A stretch of 64,000 nucleotides of DNA from the NCBI GenBank assembly GCA_030141605.1, contig JAQGDQ010000012.1, forward strand, positions 1,258,359 to 1,322,358. Direction: 5' to 3'. This DNA is from Tubiluchus corallicola (taxonomy: Eukaryota; Animalia; Priapulida). The position numbers and the translations under genes were made by a program. The notes below the pieces were generated by a model. The model was not told the DNA's origin. It saw nothing but the letters and a program-made list of their open reading frames with translations, and ran no database searches. Positions 13,737-28,700 of this stretch are shown here, in pieces. How positions within the stretch are numbered: the first letter of the stretch is position 1; each line of letters starts with the position of its first letter.

Positions 13737-16700
13737 GTGAGTTTTTGATTGCTTTTTCTTATTGTACAATGTTTTTACAATTTTCAGAATAAATTTGTTA
13801 TATGTGGATAGAAATGATGCATATAAATTGCGTTGTAGATCTTTAGTTCCCATTGAGTTGTCTTTAGAGATGGTAAAGTATGCGCTTTGTGATTTAACGA
13901 AAGATAAGTTATTAATTTTAATTGTGGTAGGACAGATTTATTAAACCTGTTGTTAAACATCAACAAGTAACTTTAAGGGGAAGAAGATACTGGAAAATCG
14001 TGAACTTTTTGTTGAACTAATCTATTCTCGCATTGAAATAATAACTGTTTGTGTTGTTGCTTTCAGGCGATAATGAATGCAGTTTCAATAATGTGATATC
14101 ATTTTTTGTAGAAATCAATCAATTGGAGGATCCGAGGGCTCAGTGGCGAGAACAACAGGAAGCCATGCTCAAAGACTACCTACAAACAGCGCACGATGAT
14201 CTAGCGGTAAGACTTGTTGGTTTATGTGCAAGAGGAATTGTTAATAGTTTTTAAAGCAAGACCTATATTACCACTGAAAGTATGACAATGCATGCGTTAT
14301 ATAATATCGTTGGAAGGCATGTCGTAATTATTGTAGTATAGTTATTAGCCAATTACACTTTGTTTCCCAACTTTTTTTGTTTGTTTATATTCACAGAAAA
14401 TTATTGTTTCTTACAAGCATTTGTTGGATGGATTAAAAAGTATCTGTGTTAAATAGTGTAATTTTATTATATCGCCAACTTTATTTATTTGTTAATTTTC
14501 AGGCAAAACGCGAGATATACGAAACTAAGCAGCAACGTCTGTCATTGGCCCAGCATGAGTTTCGTCATCTCAACCAAGCGTTAGCTGCAGCGTCTGGCTT
14601 ACAAGCTTCAACCGCCAGCTGTAAGTTAACACATTTAGTTGACTTTTACTACAGTTTGCCAAGCAATAGATGTCCATGTCTTGTGCCGAAAAACCAAAAG
14701 TAATAAAAAAATGGAAAAAAAAACATGAGAGAAAGCATTTTTAAATTAAAATATATAAGGAGTGCTATTGCTGCCACTCATAGAATTGAAGGAAATTAAC
14801 CCACTCTGGGTGAGGAGGGTCAAATTTTGCAATTGCAGGAATTTCTCACGCAGGTTGCTGTTGGGAAGTTCTTGTTTCTCCAAGAACTTTGTTGAATTTT
14901 TATTTCTGTGGATGAAAAACGGTCAGCATTACAAAAATGAAACACAGCATACGTGAATTAACTTGCAACATAACAGCTTCCGCATAGACCTGCCTAAATG
15001 ACTCTTAGTAAATCTCACACACTTAACAACAACAACAACAACAACGTCACACACGTGCAAACTGACCCCAAAAAATAAATAACAAAATCCAAATTACAAA
15101 CCACTATTAAAACTTAATGGAAAACTTTGTACGGAGCAACATAGCCTAAATTACAAACCATAACTGGATGTTTACTACATGTCTAGGTGGACTTGCTAGG
15201 CAAAGTGTTACTATAATTATGTGTATGTATTATCTGTTACTAATATTCTAAACCATGAGAAATATGGCAAAAGAGTTTTCTAGGTTATAGCTTCTCTTTG
15301 ATTTAGATTTATACATGCCTACTAAGATATGTAACTGAACATTTTAACATTATTTTTAGTCCTTGTACTTCAGCAATCAGCTCTAATATTATGGGTTACA
15401 AGCCTACAATACATCTTGGTATATAGGTTATACGCTTAGGCAAAATATTCTAGTTAGCTTTAAATTTGTTTCAAAATATTTTAGTTCATGTAATTTATGT
15501 AAAAATATATATTTTTAATCAACTAACTGTTTAGCACATCTAAACACTTGTGGAACAGCTACGTTAACTAAGAGTTTTAATCTATGGGCAACAATTATAG
15601 TGGGTAAATTGACCTTCATTGAAGCATAATATTCTAACACCACCAAAAGATAACCTTCGCGACCAGCAAAGTCTACACATTTTATTTGCTGTGTCTTGTC
15701 GATTGCCCTTTGATAGGAAAGGAATGTAATGTTTGCAGCATTCCGTGCGCTTATCCTGAAATTATATAACCTGTAAGTCTGTAAGTAGATTCTCAAGGAT
15801 TTTGGTATCATGTAATGACTTTTCATATGGTCTTTGACTCTTTCAAAGTGCCCTTACCGCATGCCAAGCAATTTTAGCATAATCGTCTTTACAATTGGAA
15901 AAGTTGAGGCAAGTGTGAATCAATGGCCTTGACATTAAGAGCTGTGAATACAGCAGGGGCTTTATTTATGGAGGCTACTTTTATTTACTTGCCTGAGCAT
16001 TTTTAAAACGCTTTAGTAAGAAGCACTTAAAGGTATTTTTTGTGATTGTATCGATAAGAATTAAATTGCATGTTCTTACGTTCTTTCAGTTTAAAAACTA
16101 GGGACTTTTGCTGTTTTACCTTTGTAGCTGTTTTATATAAATGTTCTGTGAATGAGTCATTTTCACTTGGCGAAGAAAAGCTGAAAAATATGATGATTTC
16201 TATCAACTTTACAAAGATACTATTGTTATTGATAGTAGAAGCCTCTCTTTAACTAATAGTGAGGCATTCATGGAGCGCCACTTGCGGAAAATATTTGTGT
16301 TAAACGTATTGCAGAAGCAGGAAGTTTGGATTATTTTATCTTATTATCATGTCTAAAAAATGACGCCACGCTTAGTATTGTTGAAACAGTAAGGAAGTAG
16401 ATAAGACTTCCGTTGATAAAGCCTTTCTTGAAATGGCAGGAAAAAGAATAATGCCATAAAGTCGTTTACTGGTGATTTAGGCGACCAAGATGTCTCAAGA
16501 TTTCTTTTTTGTCTTGGAAAGTAAAAGATTGTGTTATTTTGACAAAGAGAATTATTATCTGTATTATTATTATTATGTTATAGGGGTTTTGTATCATGGT
16601 TTGTGAGTGCATAGTGTTATCATGTTATGAACCAAGACACAAACTTAACTTTTTAATTTTTGTTGTTTGAATGACTCAGTAAAACGACAGCACATTAGTA

Positions 16701-19700
16701 ACAAAACTTCTTGGCAGGCTGCTGAATCTCTCTTGTTCCTTCTCGAAATGCAAGAGCTACACAATATTCGAAATGTAGAGGGAGAACATGACTCAAGGGT
16801 TAGGTATCGTCATCGTGACGAGTTCGTAAAAATGTGGCTTATGCGGCTTATAAATTTAGCTTTAAATCTGCTAAAACAATGCGGTTGTAGACGGAAATGA
16901 AGTAAATGTTCAGCTGGATATGAGGGCATTGTAGCTCATAGGTCATAGAACGTATACTTGCTATTAAGGTCTGAAAATAACAATCTGCGTTTGATATTCT
17001 ACAAATTTGTTGCTGTTGAAGCATAAGTTAACGGAAATGGTTAAAAAGGAGTCAAAGGACTTCAAACTTTGGATGACAGTCGTTTTGTGCAAAATACGTT
17101 AGAGAAGCTTTTGCAATGAAACTACTGTATTTAAAAATTCGTTTCATCGGTTTTATACAGTGTAGGCTTTAGGTACCCAATCTAAGTAATACGTTGGCTA
17201 TCATTGCAGCATTTGAAAGCAATTGCTGTTGCTGTAGTATTTCTTGTTCTTGGATAACTTGGATTACATTTATTGCCTTTCTAGACTAACTAAGGCTAAT
17301 TGAGACAGTAAATACAATAAATTTTTTATCTCTTTTAGTGGCGTCGTTGTCATCGTCGTCCAGCAGTAAGTATGACACTGAGTCTCTAACGGCGGATATC
17401 CAGATGACCAAGGCCCGCATCACCCATCTCAAACATGAACTGAAGCAAATACGCTCAGAGATGCATTATAAGGAAAAGGGTGTGGAGACGTTAGCCCAGT
17501 AAGTTTTAACAGTTTTATGATTCCATAAATTAGCTACACAATTAAAACGCGTTTAAATTGTTTAAAATACACCCTCACCTTTTAGGCACACCCCACTGTT
17601 CTTGCAGTTATAAATTTCGATCTTGTTCGGTTGGAATGAGAAGAATTCTGTTGGATCCTGCTGTTAAAGAATTTTAAGTAATTTGTCGGAAGACTAACTC
17701 GCTTTTACACTCCGGTCAAGGAATTTCGCAGAATAAATGCAAAAAACCGGGGTAGTTATAATATCATGGTATTGAGTTTTTAGTATGTAGTTAGACGAAT
17801 TGGTGAATTTAAGTAGTGTAAATTTGTTATGAGTTAGAATTAATAGGTCTAAATTAATAAAAGCTGAGTATTGACTTATGGTATTGAGTTCACAATCGAC
17901 CGGTCATATTTTCAGGGGTGATTCGAGATGGGGGTCTTTCAAGTTAATGTGACAAAGTCGTGTTTAGATAAAATAAAAAATCCGAACCTTGTGTTTGGGT
18001 ATACCAGTTTTGTGTTTAATTTTTTAGTCGTTTACAGCCGCCGTTGTTAAAGAATTTTATACAAGTAGGATAGTCCAGGCAAAGTTAACACTCCTCGGCT
18101 AATAATGTAGCTTACTTCGTAATGTCTGTAGAGTTCATTTAGCGCCCCAGTAAAGAATGTTATTTGTTGTGTACATATGCGCCCAAGCCTGCAGTAGAGT
18201 AACTTGGTAAGCTGTTTACACTCAGCAGTTCACGCATTCCAGCTAGGGTCAACTGAACACTAACTCTGCACTAACGTGTGCCTTAGTTCTTATCAATGGG
18301 ACAGTATTTTGTGCTGAAGAGTGGTCGATTATGTACGTTTTTGTGCCCAATTTGCGGATATAAGTATTTCGAGGCTTTGTGCGCACGCCCACGTACAGTA
18401 CCCCTTTGTAGTATACGTCCTAATCCATATAATCTGATTCTTTGTGGTTAACAGCATAGATGAATTCCGGACGGTTAGATTTTGTGGAAAGTTTAATAAA
18501 TTAATGAATTGAAATCGAATTTCTAGTATGTTGTATCAAAAAGTTAATCTCATTTTCTTCTGTTGCTTAATCACCTAAATTTAAGTTAATAGTTCAAATT
18601 TTATTTATTTAATTTATGCTATTTATATTTTTAGCATTCTCTACCCACATGGTTCGATTTTTATTTCTTAATTTGATATAAATTTTAAGTTCATGTAGGA
18701 ATGCTAGCAGCAGTTTAATTTCTACCACAACAGTAGCATACAATTTATAGTATTTTAAATCTGTCGAAATAATTTGGAGTGGTTTTTAAATAGTGCTCTT
18801 TACAGGGATTACAGCTTAAAACTTGCTAGAGCAAATACAATATTTCTCAGCTTTATCAGCGTACTGGCCGCATGAAAAATTTTAGCTGTCAGTGTCCCAC
18901 ATGACTTCAAACCAAAAATTAAGCCCAGTTTGAACTGCAAGTATGCTGTAGGTAGTTAAGCATACAAAACGCTACGTGTATGCTATACAAACTGAGCAGC
19001 AAATAAAAAAACAACGTGCTTAAGGGTAAATTAGTAAATAAGCTTTTGCGCAAGCTTTTTGCATGCATTCTGAAGTGATTACAAGTGAATAGTGTTTCTA
19101 GAACTGTTTTCATTTATTTTTACCTGTTAGCATTATTAAACAGCGCAATTGGCTAACTACCTAGACATTGGTATTCAAGATACATGAAGACATGTTAGAA
19201 GTGTTATGTCATTTCTGTACCATGCGTCTTAAATTATATTATTTTGTTGCCTGTTGTAACTTGTTAGCCCTAATAACGTGACTTGAATGTGCACAGAACT
19301 CTGAACCTAAAACTAAGGAATGAGTTTTTAGTACTGAAATTATTATAAAGACTCGAGTCATAAATTAAAAACTTATTATTTCCTCGGGTGTTTAGTCGTC
19401 GTGCTGACCTTTCCAGTTTCTTGCGCTTATAGGGTAAAGGTCACGCTGTAAGCTGTTTAGGAATGTAAAGTATTTTACTGTTGTATTTGTATACTACAAT
19501 GCATGATGTTCGGTTTAGTGGAAAATCTTCATTGTCCAGCCAATAGGATCCTGATTAGGTGACCCAAGAAATTGCTGAAATGGTGTCTTCCGGCTATTAA
19601 TGTTGTTGTTAGCTGTGGTCACTTCTGGCCTTTTTAAGTTATTGTGTTTGCTGTTTGTTTTGCTCTGGTTATTCTCTGATAAGCGAAAGACCATTAGGGT

Positions 19701-22700
19701 GCTTCATGATGTTTGCTAACGAACATTCACTCACTTTTTATCGGCCCAGCAATAATTTGTCAGATTTAATAATTCTAGCTATTGCGCGTTTTATTGGCAT
19801 TTCAAGCAGTAGCATTTGTTGTTAATAAATTTTAATAACGTAATATAAGCTGTTAGGTTTCTGTTGTAATTGTGAGCTTATTCTAATCCAGGGCGTATTA
19901 CTAATTGATGGCAGTGTGCAGTGCAGTTAGTATATCCTACATTTGCTTAGCTTAGGCAAATAAGACCCTGGAATACTTCAATTTTTTGTTAATTTAACAA
20001 TTTACATTAGTTGCGCGCTTACAACTTAACTTTCACTTGTTTTGGGCGGTATGCACCCTAGCTTGGTTTTACTGTTTAATTTACTCGAATTGTTTACATA
20101 GTGTGAAAATAGATGTTCTTTAAACCTTGGGCCTCATGGTCCTCACTTATGAATGTCGTACATACAAATTTGACACCTGATAAACCAGCCGACGTGTATT
20201 TCTGCATGTCCGCATGGCTTTCGTCATTATTATTGACACATTAGAATGCTTGCACATGGGTGTAGATGGCATAATAATTTGATTTATGCAGTGCACTAAA
20301 AGTTTATTATAGTCAACAAACAATCCAATATAAATAAAAAACGGAAATACAAAACAGTATTTTTTATTTTTAATATTTCAAGATTAGTTATTAGTTGAGC
20401 AGTTTTTTATTACCTGTATTAAGAATTTTTCAAAGTTGTTAGTTATAGTTCCCATGTTTTTCTTTCTTTCTAAATTTTGCGCGATTTCCGATATACTGAA
20501 ACGTTGCTTTTGAACTTCCTTACAATTGAATTTTTGTAATTAATTATTATTAATTGTTCTAATTCCTATCATTAATACATTTCAAATTTAATGTGTTCAT
20601 ATTGTTTCTAGAATTGAACAAAAGATGGCAGCACAGGGTGGATACAGCATAGAGGAAGTTCAGGTGATAATGGATGAACTTCGTGCTGTCCAGAGGTCTT
20701 TAGCATGTGGCGAAAAAGAAAAACAGTCTTTGCTAGGGGTAATAACTGTACTATGATATCACAATGGATCATTTGGTCACTTTGGTGAATATAATTGTAT
20801 GTAATTGCAAATAAGCCTTCATGTATCTTTGAACTAACAAATAGAAAAGTAAAAAACACAACCGATGTACAGTGTACATGAAATATGAAGGGGTAAAAAT
20901 TTTATGTAAATAAAAACATTTTAAACATCATTTGACAGTCCCAATGTTTATTCTGTATATAGTCTTATGTTCTACTTTTTCTTAAATATTCTGTGATAGT
21001 ACTCTTGCTTGTATTTCACTTTGATACTAATTTCTGAAGTCTTTTTTTAACAGTCGTTGGTAGAATTAAAAGATGATACTCTTAGACAAGAGCTAGAAGA
21101 TTTGAGTTCTAACAATGATCTCTCGATGCTGAATGTTGGTTTGGATAAAGCAAGCATTGCTTCCCAGACTGACCTCGCTGGTGAAGTAAGCAATTTGTTT
21201 CGTCTTTACTGAGTAAAAAATTTTTTGAGATTGGGCAACACTTTACTTCAGTGCATAAAAGATGGCCTAGCAGTGTGTCAAATTTGTCTTGATGCGAGTC
21301 TAGTCATTAGACTAATACAAACTTTTTTCAATTTTTGGCCCCTTGCGTGTGACTGACCGAGACTTGCAGCTATTTTTACAAACATACTGTTCTGTGGTGT
21401 GGCTATAGCTTGTAGCACCCGAGATGGGTGATTTATTTTTCGAAATGTAGGGATCTTCTGTCTCACTGTGATCGCATTTTATGCAATGTCTACGTTGATG
21501 TAACAATTCGAGCAGTATCGGGAGAAATACCTAAAAATTGGGAGAAAGAGAAGTTACCATTAAACATGGGAAAGTTGAAATGTCTGGCTTCATGTCCAAT
21601 AACCTTCATGGTGTTACGCTTGCAAATGATGTAATGTAATTAAATCAGTATCTGGGTTTTAGAAATTATTCCTTTTTTGTAGCGGGTATAGTTGCCAACA
21701 CAGTTGTGAACACAGTTATTGTATAAGGTCCAGGGACCACTATCTGGTGTTATTCATGGTAGTGTAGTTAGGTGTGTTTTTTTTGCTAATTTTCTTCGGA
21801 AAAAGTAAAAAGTTTTTTGTGCAAAACAGGACCGGTCTTAGGAGATGCGGGGCCCCACTGCAAACAATTTTGGCATGAACAGTGTGTCTGAATATAGCCT
21901 AGAATTTGCCACCAAGATGAGCATCTGCATAAAGATGCAGCTTATAGTATTTTTATCACATGACACTTTTATAAAACTCTATTTATAGACATTTAAAAGC
22001 TGTTACACATTTGTTTACACATTAGATTTTGTCTTTTTAAGTATGTTAATTTAGCTGCTAATTAGCCATAGTTTCGTAAATTAGAGCAAGTAATGCAAAG
22101 ATCAAGTATGCATGTTCTTAATAATACCTTATTTTAGTAAGTGTCCATCCACTTTATAAGCACTACCTCAAATTTCTTGCGTTGCAAAATAAGTTACTAA
22201 AGTTATATGGTAAAATATTAAATAAATTATAAAGGAAATAGAAAAATGTGCAGCCAGAACAAAGTTAATTCATTGGAAATGGTTCATTTTATGACTTGTG
22301 ATTTTCTCACAGCAACAGCCTAAGTTGAAGGTTTAACTAAGCCAAATGCACAAGTAGAGATGTTTACAGATGATGAATGATGAATTCTACTAAGTATCTT
22401 CAGAAATTATCTTTTAGATATCTTATGTAATACCTGCAAAAACTTACAGCTGATAGCAGTGCTAGCTGTAACAACAAATAGCGAAAAACTGGCAGCGCTC
22501 GTTCTTTGTAATCATTGCAACACATTATTGTGTGTGCACTAAAAGCTGGGATTATGCTCTTTCTAGCATGGGGCCCGATTAGGAGAAATTGGTCCAATTG
22601 AATTAAGGCCAGCCATGTGTTTTTTGGTCCATGTATTAGTAGTAAATGCTATAAATTTACTTCATTATGAATGCTTGCCTAAATTTAAGCTTTCTTTCAG

Positions 22701-25700
22701 TGTGTACCCATTGGTGCCAAGTTAGCTGAAATGACGAGGAAGCGGTTGAAGTACGATGAAGCTCGGAGGCAAGTTAACATCATACAGACTCAGCTAGCAG
22801 AGCTGGAGGACCAACGTATCCCAGGACAGACGGAGTCTGACAAAGATCGGTAAATGGAGTTTGTTAAGCTATTTTGATAATATTTAGTCGTCTTATTCCT
22901 CCAGTGTTGATTCACTAAGCAACAATTCTCCCATGATTCAATGATTCTGATTTGGTAAGTGGCTGTATTCACTTCTTGTTGCATTTTTGAGAGAAAATAT
23001 TTGATGTCAATAAAATTTTAGTATGATTTACCCGTGATACGATGTCACGACAATCATATATCGGTTTGAAATTCCAAAATCAACAAACAAAATTATTCCA
23101 AACCTATAATATTTTGAATGTTTTATTGTTTATTTATTGTAACAGTGATATTTATATGACATCATGTAACAATTAAGTTAAATCAGAGTTTTTTCATTTT
23201 TGTTGTATGTTTATTTTTTTAACATATTCACTAGCATGAAGTGAAAAAATACCAATGTCACTACAACTATCTGCATAAGAACTGTCAAAAATATGCTGTT
23301 TAGGTTATTACTAATCCAAGAAAAAGAGCAGCTACTGCAGGAGCTTCGACGGATTAGTCCAAAGAGTCGCACTGCTGAAGCAATGATGAGCATTAACAAC
23401 CAAAAGCAAAAACTGGAAGAATACCTCAACACTGCCATGGAAACTTCAAATCGAGCAATATCAGATAGGTAGAACAATGCTTTTGATTCCAGAAGGGAAA
23501 TATCAATAACTATTCAATCAAATACTGTTTATAGAGTGTGAGCTGCCCATATAAATTTGAAGCAATATGGATTTGAATTTCAATAACCTAAACTGTTGGT
23601 GCTTTTTTGTCAAGGGAAAATGGTTAGAATAGCATTTCATTTGTCATCTCTGGGGTCAAAGATCATATCATTTTTATGTATACATTACTTCGTTTTGTAA
23701 AATTGTTAACTTTATTCCTTTATTAGGATTAGGTTACAAGAAGAGAGGTCATCTTTGCTTGACCAGTTACGTAAAGCAACGCGATACATGACTCAACTAG
23801 AAGGTCAACTGAAAAATCTCTCGATTAGCACGCTGTCAATTTCTTCGAGTTCTAGTAGAGGAAGTCTCAGTACATCAGGTTCACTGTCAGCTAGTAGTAA
23901 AGGTTCATTGACTTCTCTTAGTTGTGGTGACATTTATAGCAACCTGTCTCCAACGTCGCAGTCAATTAGTGATAGTTTACAAGACTTGCATCGACGCGTG
24001 GAAGCGCTGATCCAGCGACGTGGAGATGTGTCTATTATGGGACATGAGACAGCCGGAGGAGATGCGCCTCCTCTTGGTTTATCTCCACGATCGTCATTGT
24101 CTTCCATCTCACCACCAGTATCTCCGTATGATGTGGCGCCACCGACGTACGAACAGCATCAGGATATGGTGCGAAACTCTGCATCAAACTATGAGATTTC
24201 CAATTTGGAAGATCAGCTTTCCAGATTATCAGATTTACGTTTAGATAACATAGAGAATGTGTCACGGACTAAACGTGTGCCAAATGCCTATCAAATGACA
24301 AGTGAAAGTTATGAAATAACGACAAATCGAAGTCGACTAAGTCCGCCGTTAAGTCCCATTAGTGAAAGTTTAACAGATGATGGTCGAGGTGGTAGAAATG
24401 CCCGTGGGAGTGTTTCAGCTGCTCACAGTGATGAGTCAGTAGCGGGTGACAGTGGTGTCTTTGAAGCATCAAATAATAAAAGGTATTTATGTAAAATTTT
24501 TGTTTTATGTTTACTTTTGCCATAACTCTTCCTAATTATCAGTTGACACTAGCACATAGTTTGACAAAAAACATGTTAGTTGTAGAAAAGTATAGAAAAA
24601 TCAACAGCTTTGCCAAAAGTTTTGGAACAACAGTGTTTTCCGTTCTTATTCGACTTCTGGGCTATCCACATTTTCACCTTTTTTTCTTTGAAAATTGGGT
24701 CTTTCTTTATTAATTTGGGTGGTAGAAAAGTGTGGAAAGAATTATTACAAAACAAGCCGGTGTGGGTATGACATAGAACTACACACTGAAAGCTGGTTAA
24801 GTAAGAGAGTGGAACACAGTGAAGTGAGAGCTTTTATGAGAACAGTGATTTTTTTTCAGATAAGCTTAGTTAGAATTGCATTTTATATTATTTCTTATTG
24901 TTGTAGCCAGTTATTGTTAAGCTGATATTAAATAATATTTAAGATTTAGGCAATATAATACTTACAGTTATCACTTGCAACTTAATTTGCTTTTTTATGT
25001 TAATCTACCTCGATTTATTTTACACAGTAAGGTTTATGGTGCTGAATATTTACAGGCCAGATGATCTGGAAGACTGGCTAAGCTTGGAGTGTGCTCAAGT
25101 TGAAGTAACACTCAAATTTCTGCGACTAGAAAGTCGACTTCATGTAGGCATTGAGCAATGTAGGAATATTGCTGCACTGGCTATAAATGAAGCCTGCAAT
25201 GTGTAAGTAGTTGTTTCAATTACATGCTGAAGTGTATTTATTATTATTAATTTTTAATAAACACTTTTAATATTTTTTATGAGTTTCCTATCCCTGAAAT
25301 CAGAATTTCTCATTTGCCATTGTCTGGAATTATTGTTTAACTAGTTGTTTCAAGTAAGGTTTGTACCAGTTGCGGTATTTGTCTGGTTATATATATATGC
25401 ATGGTGGCTCTAAAAGAAAAGTATTGTTTTTGTGTGTAATATTCCCATTGAAATGTTACTGCTGGACAATTTTTGTTAAATTATGAGTATATCACTATGC
25501 TTTGTTAAATTATATGGACTTGTATATCAAAACATGATAGAATCCATTTGATGTAAAAACTTTTAAAACCAGGAGTTATTTCTCTCTTAGAAGTTGCTGA
25601 TTCATTTTCGCATTTTTATTTCTTTTTTCGATGATTTATTGAAGTGCAGCTCATAAGTTTACAAATTTGTGTTTTCTTCATAGGTATGTGAAAGCAGCTT

Positions 25701-28700
25701 TATTGCCCTTTCAAGGCAAACCAATGATTGCAGAAACCATACAGAACACAGAGTTGAATTCTCCAATATACAATCAAGTTTTCCGATTCATTCTGCCGGA
25801 AACAAAGGTCTTCACAAAAACGTTGCAGCTGGGTATATGGTCGGTGAATGAATCCAGAGATGAGGTTCTAGCTGTAAGTTAAAAAATTATGAATATATAT
25901 GGAAAAAGAATTTGCCAGAAGCTCCTTTAATGCCATTATCCATTAGCTATTAATTTTGAGCTTTGTCAGTGACCGAAAACAAGCAGAAATAATATGCACA
26001 AAGCTAATGTTTTGTGAATAATTTCTATTTCAGTGAAATAAGTATAAATTGGCAAAAAGTCCAACATGGTAAAAATTTCAGACACTATTACATCTTATTT
26101 TTCCTGATGACACTATTCCACCTTATCTTTCCTATTGTATTTTTGATTAAGAAGTCATGTAAGGCAGTTATGCCAATTTTACATTATTTAGCATCAACAG
26201 TTATTAGTTGCATTTTGATTTTGAGGCATTGTTCTGCAGTAACTGGATATCGCTGCAATTTTCTCTAGGGTTGTTGCTCTATCAGTTTAGCTGATTTAAA
26301 TTTGGACGCCACCACAACGCGATGGTACAACATTCTGAGTACGAACATTATGCCGATAGACATGAAAGGTTTTGTACCATTGGCTGGAGCAACAACATCT
26401 AGTACTACTGATGTTCAACTTCAGGTAAAACTTATTATTAGTTTTCATGACCAGTAGTCATGGCTAGTTTGACGTGATTCTATCTGGATATGTACACGGG
26501 CATTGTACATTTGTTAAAAACTAGCACTAGCTATTTCTATTGTAATTACCTTAGCCTGTTGCTCACAGATTACCGAATCAGGTTCTTCACACTTCACCCG
26601 AAAACCTTAGTTACTTCAACTTGTGTGATATGTTTGAGGCTTACTTCACCTGGTTTACCTAGGTAAAACTTAGAACTAAACTAAAAGACCATTTTTTTAC
26701 TCCGGTTTGGTGAAGTTGGTCCTGATTGGTTTCTCATTGTCCCCTTTAGGATGATCAGCTAAAAGAGGAGGATGAGGATGAGGAAGCCTCGACCCCACAG
26801 TCGACCATCTGCTTTCAGAAAACCCCACTCGTTCGAGGATATTTTCCACCTCAGCGACGCAATGTAGACCCAGCATTGTTTTCAGAATTGTTGTCCCGGC
26901 CGGTAGGTCCTCAGTATTTCCCTACATTAAAAGAAGAGTCCAGTGATGATTCTACTGTCATATCATCGCAGACGTCAACCCTTACTCGCAACCAAGGTAA
27001 GAAGCAATTTTCAAAAGGCAATTTTCAATTTTTTACTTGTAATTTTTCAAGTATTTAAAGATATATTATTTGAATTGAATTCAGTTTTTTAACTGAAAAT
27101 GTTTTTAAAAACATATATATATATATATATATATACATTGTTTTATGCATGATCAATAAATTAATCCCTAATGTGCAAGTGTACATATTGACTTTTTTGC
27201 CCTTGGTGAGTCCCCATTTGTCCATTATTTTAAAACTCACAATCCTTCTATACATAGGATGCACATTCACATAGCGGTAAAATTCCTTTGTAATAAGCAG
27301 AAATGCGTAATATTGGAGTTTGCTGTAAGCAGCATTTAAAATGCATTATTTAAGTCTAAGATTTGACGGGACTTTGAAATTTACTCATAATAACTCGAGG
27401 CTCATTATAACAACATTATACTTTATTTTCACTGTGGAGTTAAATATGCTCTAAGCAATATTCAGAGACACTAATTTTACTTCGCTGTTCATCATAAAAT
27501 TTTCATTAATACTTAAGCTTTGGTCTTACTTTTGCATATATCATTATTTGAAAGGTATATGTGCACTGTGAAGTTTTTGAGTATGCTCAGAACTTATGTT
27601 GACGAAAACTATTCTAGTGTTTATTAATTTAAGTAAGAGATTGTGTACTTTTCATGATTATTATAGAGCTTATTTTTTATGTTGTGTTTGGAAAGATCAT
27701 TAATGTAATTGCTGTTAAACATTTCAGAACAAGAAGAGATGGAACAGGAGCAAGACACATTCGATGGCTATTCACTGGGAATAAATAACATGGATGATGA
27801 GGAAGACGATGATGACGAGGCATATGAAGATACTACTACTACAAATGATGTGACAGTGGGTGATGAAGAGTCAGAGGAAGGAGATGAAGAAGAAGATGAA
27901 GAAGGAAAATATCAAACTGTCAAGTTTAATCTGAAAATGACAGATAAGGTTATTGTCATTTTAAATAAGTGTTGTTATCTTTAAGCTCGTCATTTTAGAT
28001 TTCTTTAGATGTAACACATCTACATGTAACATAGAGGTCTAGACAAGAACTATTATTTTGTGTAGGATATAAAAATTGACTAGACTGCTGTTTATGACCA
28101 ACTCATAAACTCTTAAGGTTCTGCAATGTGACCAAAACTGCAAGTGTTATTTCTCTCGAGATCCTAATTTTGTCATTGCTAAATTTACCATGTTTGAATA
28201 CCTAAGAATTGCATTTCATTTCAATGAAATTGCAGCTTCTGACATTTTGACCCATGACTTTGGGTCAGAGGTCAACCTAACCTGTAAAATTCTGCTACTG
28301 CAGAATCTTGATGAATAATAAACAAACAAATGGTTGAATTCCAAGAACATTCTGCAAGTATTGCAAAATATTAAAATACAAACTTAGTGAAAGTGTTTAT
28401 AGCCTCATTAAAGTTTTCATTTTTTTCAAGTCATTATTTTCCTGTCAACTTTGTGATATGAGGAAATGCGTAGTAAAATAAATTACTTGTATATTTACTG
28501 TGCATTGATATGAACTGTCTAGACAAGTTATACAAAGTTACCTTGAGTGAAATTTTCCCTAGTACTTCTAATTTTTAATGACACAAGTTGATTAGTTTTA
28601 AACATGTTACTGTGACTGAATGTTGGGGGGTTGCTAGCTTTTGGGAATCGTGTATGTGTTTAACTTTTTCATTGCATGAGTTACAAATATTAATTTTGAC

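Larger units (their letters stand above)
303..19466. promoter_or_regulatory. Dispersed TEAD/Scalloped (GGAATGY) motifs in KIBRA 5' introns
   Basis: 19 manually located GGAATGY/RCATTCC sites; see findings. Confidence 0.5.
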
